A stretch of DNA of 39,609 bases, taken from sequence record SRR20825010_4892. One strand, written 5' to 3'. This document shows positions 37,539 through 39,609 of the stretch, in pieces (position 1 is the stretch's first letter; the number at the start of each line of letters is the position of its first letter). Made by a program: the position numbers and the translations under genes. The notes below the pieces were generated by a model. The model did not search any database. It saw nothing but the letters and a program-made list of their open reading frames with translations, and was not told the origin of the DNA.

Positions 37539-38810
37539 ATGCTCGATAGAACAATCGCCCCGGGTTTTCAACCCATCAAAAAAGTTACCATCCCCCAAGT
37601 TGATTCATCAGTACTTTCAAACGGAAGGAAAGTCTTCTTTTTGAATGACCCTGCGGTAGAAGTATTTAAAATTGATTTGGTAATTCCTTGCGGAAGTTGG
37701 TTTACCGAAAACTATAACCTCATCTCATTCGCGCTTAAAATGCTTAATGAGGGGACAACAAAACGTAACGCTCATCAGTTGGCTGAAGCCGTAGATTTCA
37801 TTGGAAGTTTTGCTGAATTCACTCCTAGCTTTGATCAAAGCACAATCTCGTTCTACGGCCTTTCTAGATTCTTCGATAAAAATATATCTCTACTTTCCGA
37901 AGTTATAAGTAACCCTAGTTTTGATGAACAGCAATTCGAAACGTTAAAGAAAAAAGAGGTTCAACGTTTAAAATTGAATTTGGAAAAAAGTAGTTACTTA
38001 TCTTCTGTGGCCTTGAGAAGCTCGTTATTCGGGCTCGATCATCCTTATGGAAAAAGTAACAGCGTAGAAAAAATACAGGCAGTTCAACTCTCAGAAGTAA
38101 AAGCCTTTTTCGCTTCAAATTTCAGCGATTTCGATATTATGCTTTCTGGAAAACTACCAGATAGTTTTCTTGAAGTCCTTGAATTGAACTTCGGCAAAAA
38201 CCAAGTAAAAAAAGTCAGCTTACCTGAATACCAAATTAAAAATACGGTAGGTCACTTAAATGAAATCCGTAAACCAGCTTTTGTTCAGTCGTCCATAAAA
38301 ATTGGAAAAGTACTCTTCAATCGTACGCACCCTGACTACATGAAGTTCACGGTCACCAATGAGCTCTTTGGCGGCTTCTTTGGCTCTCGCTTGATGAAGA
38401 ATATTCGTGAGGAAAAAGGCTTTACTTATGGCATTCACTCTCACCTCTATTCCCTTAACCAAGAAGGTTACTTCAGCATTGGCACGGATGTTAATGGTGA
38501 AAACGAGCAAGCCACCATTGATGAGATTTTCAAAGAAATTGTAAAGTTACAGCAAGAGCCTGTTGGCCAAAATGAGCTGGAAACAGTGAAAAACTACATG
38601 GCTGGTTCATTTGCCGGCTCAGTAAATTCGCCATTTGCCATTATGGAGAAATTTAAGGCAGCCTATTTCCAAGGCATAGACATGGGCTTTTACGAGCAAT
38701 ACTTAAACTCGGTATACAAGGTCACCAGCCACGACATCATTCAAATGGTAAATACTCACCTTCAGCGCGATAGTTTTTATACTTGTATTGCCGGGCCAGA
38801 GAAGTCGTAA
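37539..38810 (+). CDS. M16 family peptidase, non-catalytic subunit
   Basis: MLDRTIAP start, MLNEGT without HxxEH, FGGFFGSRLMKNIREEKGFTYGI (R/Y pair). Confidence 0.85.
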   Translation: MLDRTIAPGFQPIKKVTIPQVDSSVLSNGRKVFFLNDPAVEVFKIDLVIPCGSWFTENYNLISFALKMLNEGTTKRNAHQLAEAVDFIGSFAEFTPSFDQSTISFYGLSRFFDKNISLLSEVISNPSFDEQQFETLKKKEVQRLKLNLEKSSYLSSVALRSSLFGLDHPYGKSNSVEKIQAVQLSEVKAFFASNFSDFDIMLSGKLPDSFLEVLELNFGKNQVKKVSLPEYQIKNTVGHLNEIRKPAFVQSSIKIGKVLFNRTHPDYMKFTVTNELFGGFFGSRLMKNIREEKGFTYGIHSHLYSLNQEGYFSIGTDVNGENEQATIDEIFKEIVKLQQEPVGQNELETVKNYMAGSFAGSVNSPFAIMEKFKAAYFQGIDMGFYEQYLNSVYKVTSHDIIQMVNTHLQRDSFYTCIAGPEKS

Positions 38811-38811
38811 A

Positions 38812-38841
38812 AAAACCCTAACCTCTTCAGGTTAGGGTTTT
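38812..38841. terminator. Bidirectional Rho-independent terminator
   Basis: AAAACCCTAACCT-CTTC-AGGTTAGGGTTTT between convergent genes. Confidence 0.88.
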
Positions 38842-38847
38842 ACATTT

Positions 38848-39312
38848 TCAATGTTGGTTATAGACCTTAGCAACAATACGCCAGCCACTGTCAAATTTCA
38901 ATAGGCTAAGGTAATCTGTATATACCTGTTTGCCTTGGTTAAAAAGCTCGATTTTAACTTGAGCTGCCCCACCAGTGACATCCACTGAAGCAAATTTATG
39001 TTCCCATTTGTTCTTTGAATCCTTAGGGTCATAATTAGCGGCTTTTCTCTTTACAACACCATCTACCCAAGCAGCAATCGGGTATTTGCTTATGTTTTCC
39101 CCCTTGGCCGAATAAATAGCGAAGTCTTCATGGAAACCCTTCTTCATGGCCTCAGCGTTCAATTCGTTAAACGCCCCATGAACATAAGACTTGAGTATTA
39201 ACTCTTTAACTGCCTCTTCTTCAGCCTTGTCCTTTGCTTCATACTTTATAAAAGCAAAAGAGGAAAAACCCAAGAGACAAACAATAACTAGTAAGTAATG
39301 ACCTTTTCTCAT
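38848..39312 (-). CDS. Secreted NTF2-like (putative lumazine-binding/SnoaL-like) protein
   Basis: Signal peptide; VDVTGGAAQVKIEL...YTDYLSLLKFDSGWRIVAKVY. Confidence 0.82.
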   Translation of the reverse strand: MRKGHYLLVIVCLLGFSSFAFIKYEAKDKAEEEAVKELILKSYVHGAFNELNAEAMKKGFHEDFAIYSAKGENISKYPIAAWVDGVVKRKAANYDPKDSKNKWEHKFASVDVTGGAAQVKIELFNQGKQVYTDYLSLLKFDSGWRIVAKVYNQH

Positions 39313-39400
39313 AATTTCAATTTGCGTTAGTGATTACCTAACTATAACTGAATTTATAGTTTTAGGTTACATTATTTTCTCTCAAACAAATTATTTGCGC

Positions 39401-39609
39401 CTATTCGTACCTTAATGACTCCACTGGATTTCTTTTTGCCGCATTAATCACTCTGCTAGATACTGAAAGCAATGAGATGATCAGAATAGAGGCTATTGGA
39501 GTAAAGAATGACCAGAAATTCATTTTAACGTAATAGGTGTAGATCATCGGCATCAACATTTGTTCTGTAACAGCATAACCGGCTCCAGCACCAATTATCG
39601 CCCCTACAA
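39401..39609 (-). CDS. ABC transporter permease (MacB/FtsX-like), 3' end only
   Basis: Not in the ORF track. Manual translation: ...VGAIIGAGAGYAVTEQMLMPMIYTYYVKMNFWSFFTPIASILIISLLSVSSRVINAAKRNPVESLRYE*, stop at 39401-39403; NPVESLRYE is the typical C-terminus. Confidence 0.88.
   Translation of the reverse strand, partial: VGAIIGAGAGYAVTEQMLMPMIYTYYVKMNFWSFFTPIASILIISLLSVSSRVINAAKRNPVESLRYE

Noticed and set aside
303..38510. Remaining short antisense or overlapping ORFs in the track
   Set aside because: All overlap well-supported genes and lack recognisable motifs or independent expression signals.

Overview
AT-rich core chromosomal region of a Bacteroidota bacterium, most consistent with Cytophagales (inferred from gene content and TAnnTTTG-type promoters). 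Gene order: a partial small hypothetical ORF, SDR-type L-threonine dehydrogenase, a lipoprotein, icd, enoyl-CoA hydratase, an envelope cluster (MOP/Wzx-like flippase, TPR protein, DUF4292, EnvC-like), tatA-gatA-mltD-like-DUF4837, ruvA-sprA-gcvH-vanZ-like, four tandem TonB-family genes, yicC, a 1088-aa peptidase-like/beta-propeller/Omp85 protein, an FAD oxidoreductase, MBL hydrolase-pssA-porU-porV-M16 subunit, an NTF2-like secreted protein and the 3' end of an ABC permease. I saw no CRISPR array, tRNA/rRNA gene, transposase or prophage. The most interesting signals are (i) a recurring intergenic palindrome AACTA-N6-TAGTT upstream of three tonB paralogues and DUF4837, a candidate regulon; (ii) a structured 5' leader on the threonine dehydrogenase gene, a candidate cis-regulatory RNA; (iii) the tonB tandem expansion with duplicated terminators; (iv) an Omp85-family protein with a degenerate metallopeptidase domain lying between T9SS genes; and (v) a REP/REPIN-rich spacer. 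All family calls come from motif recognition by eye, not database searches.
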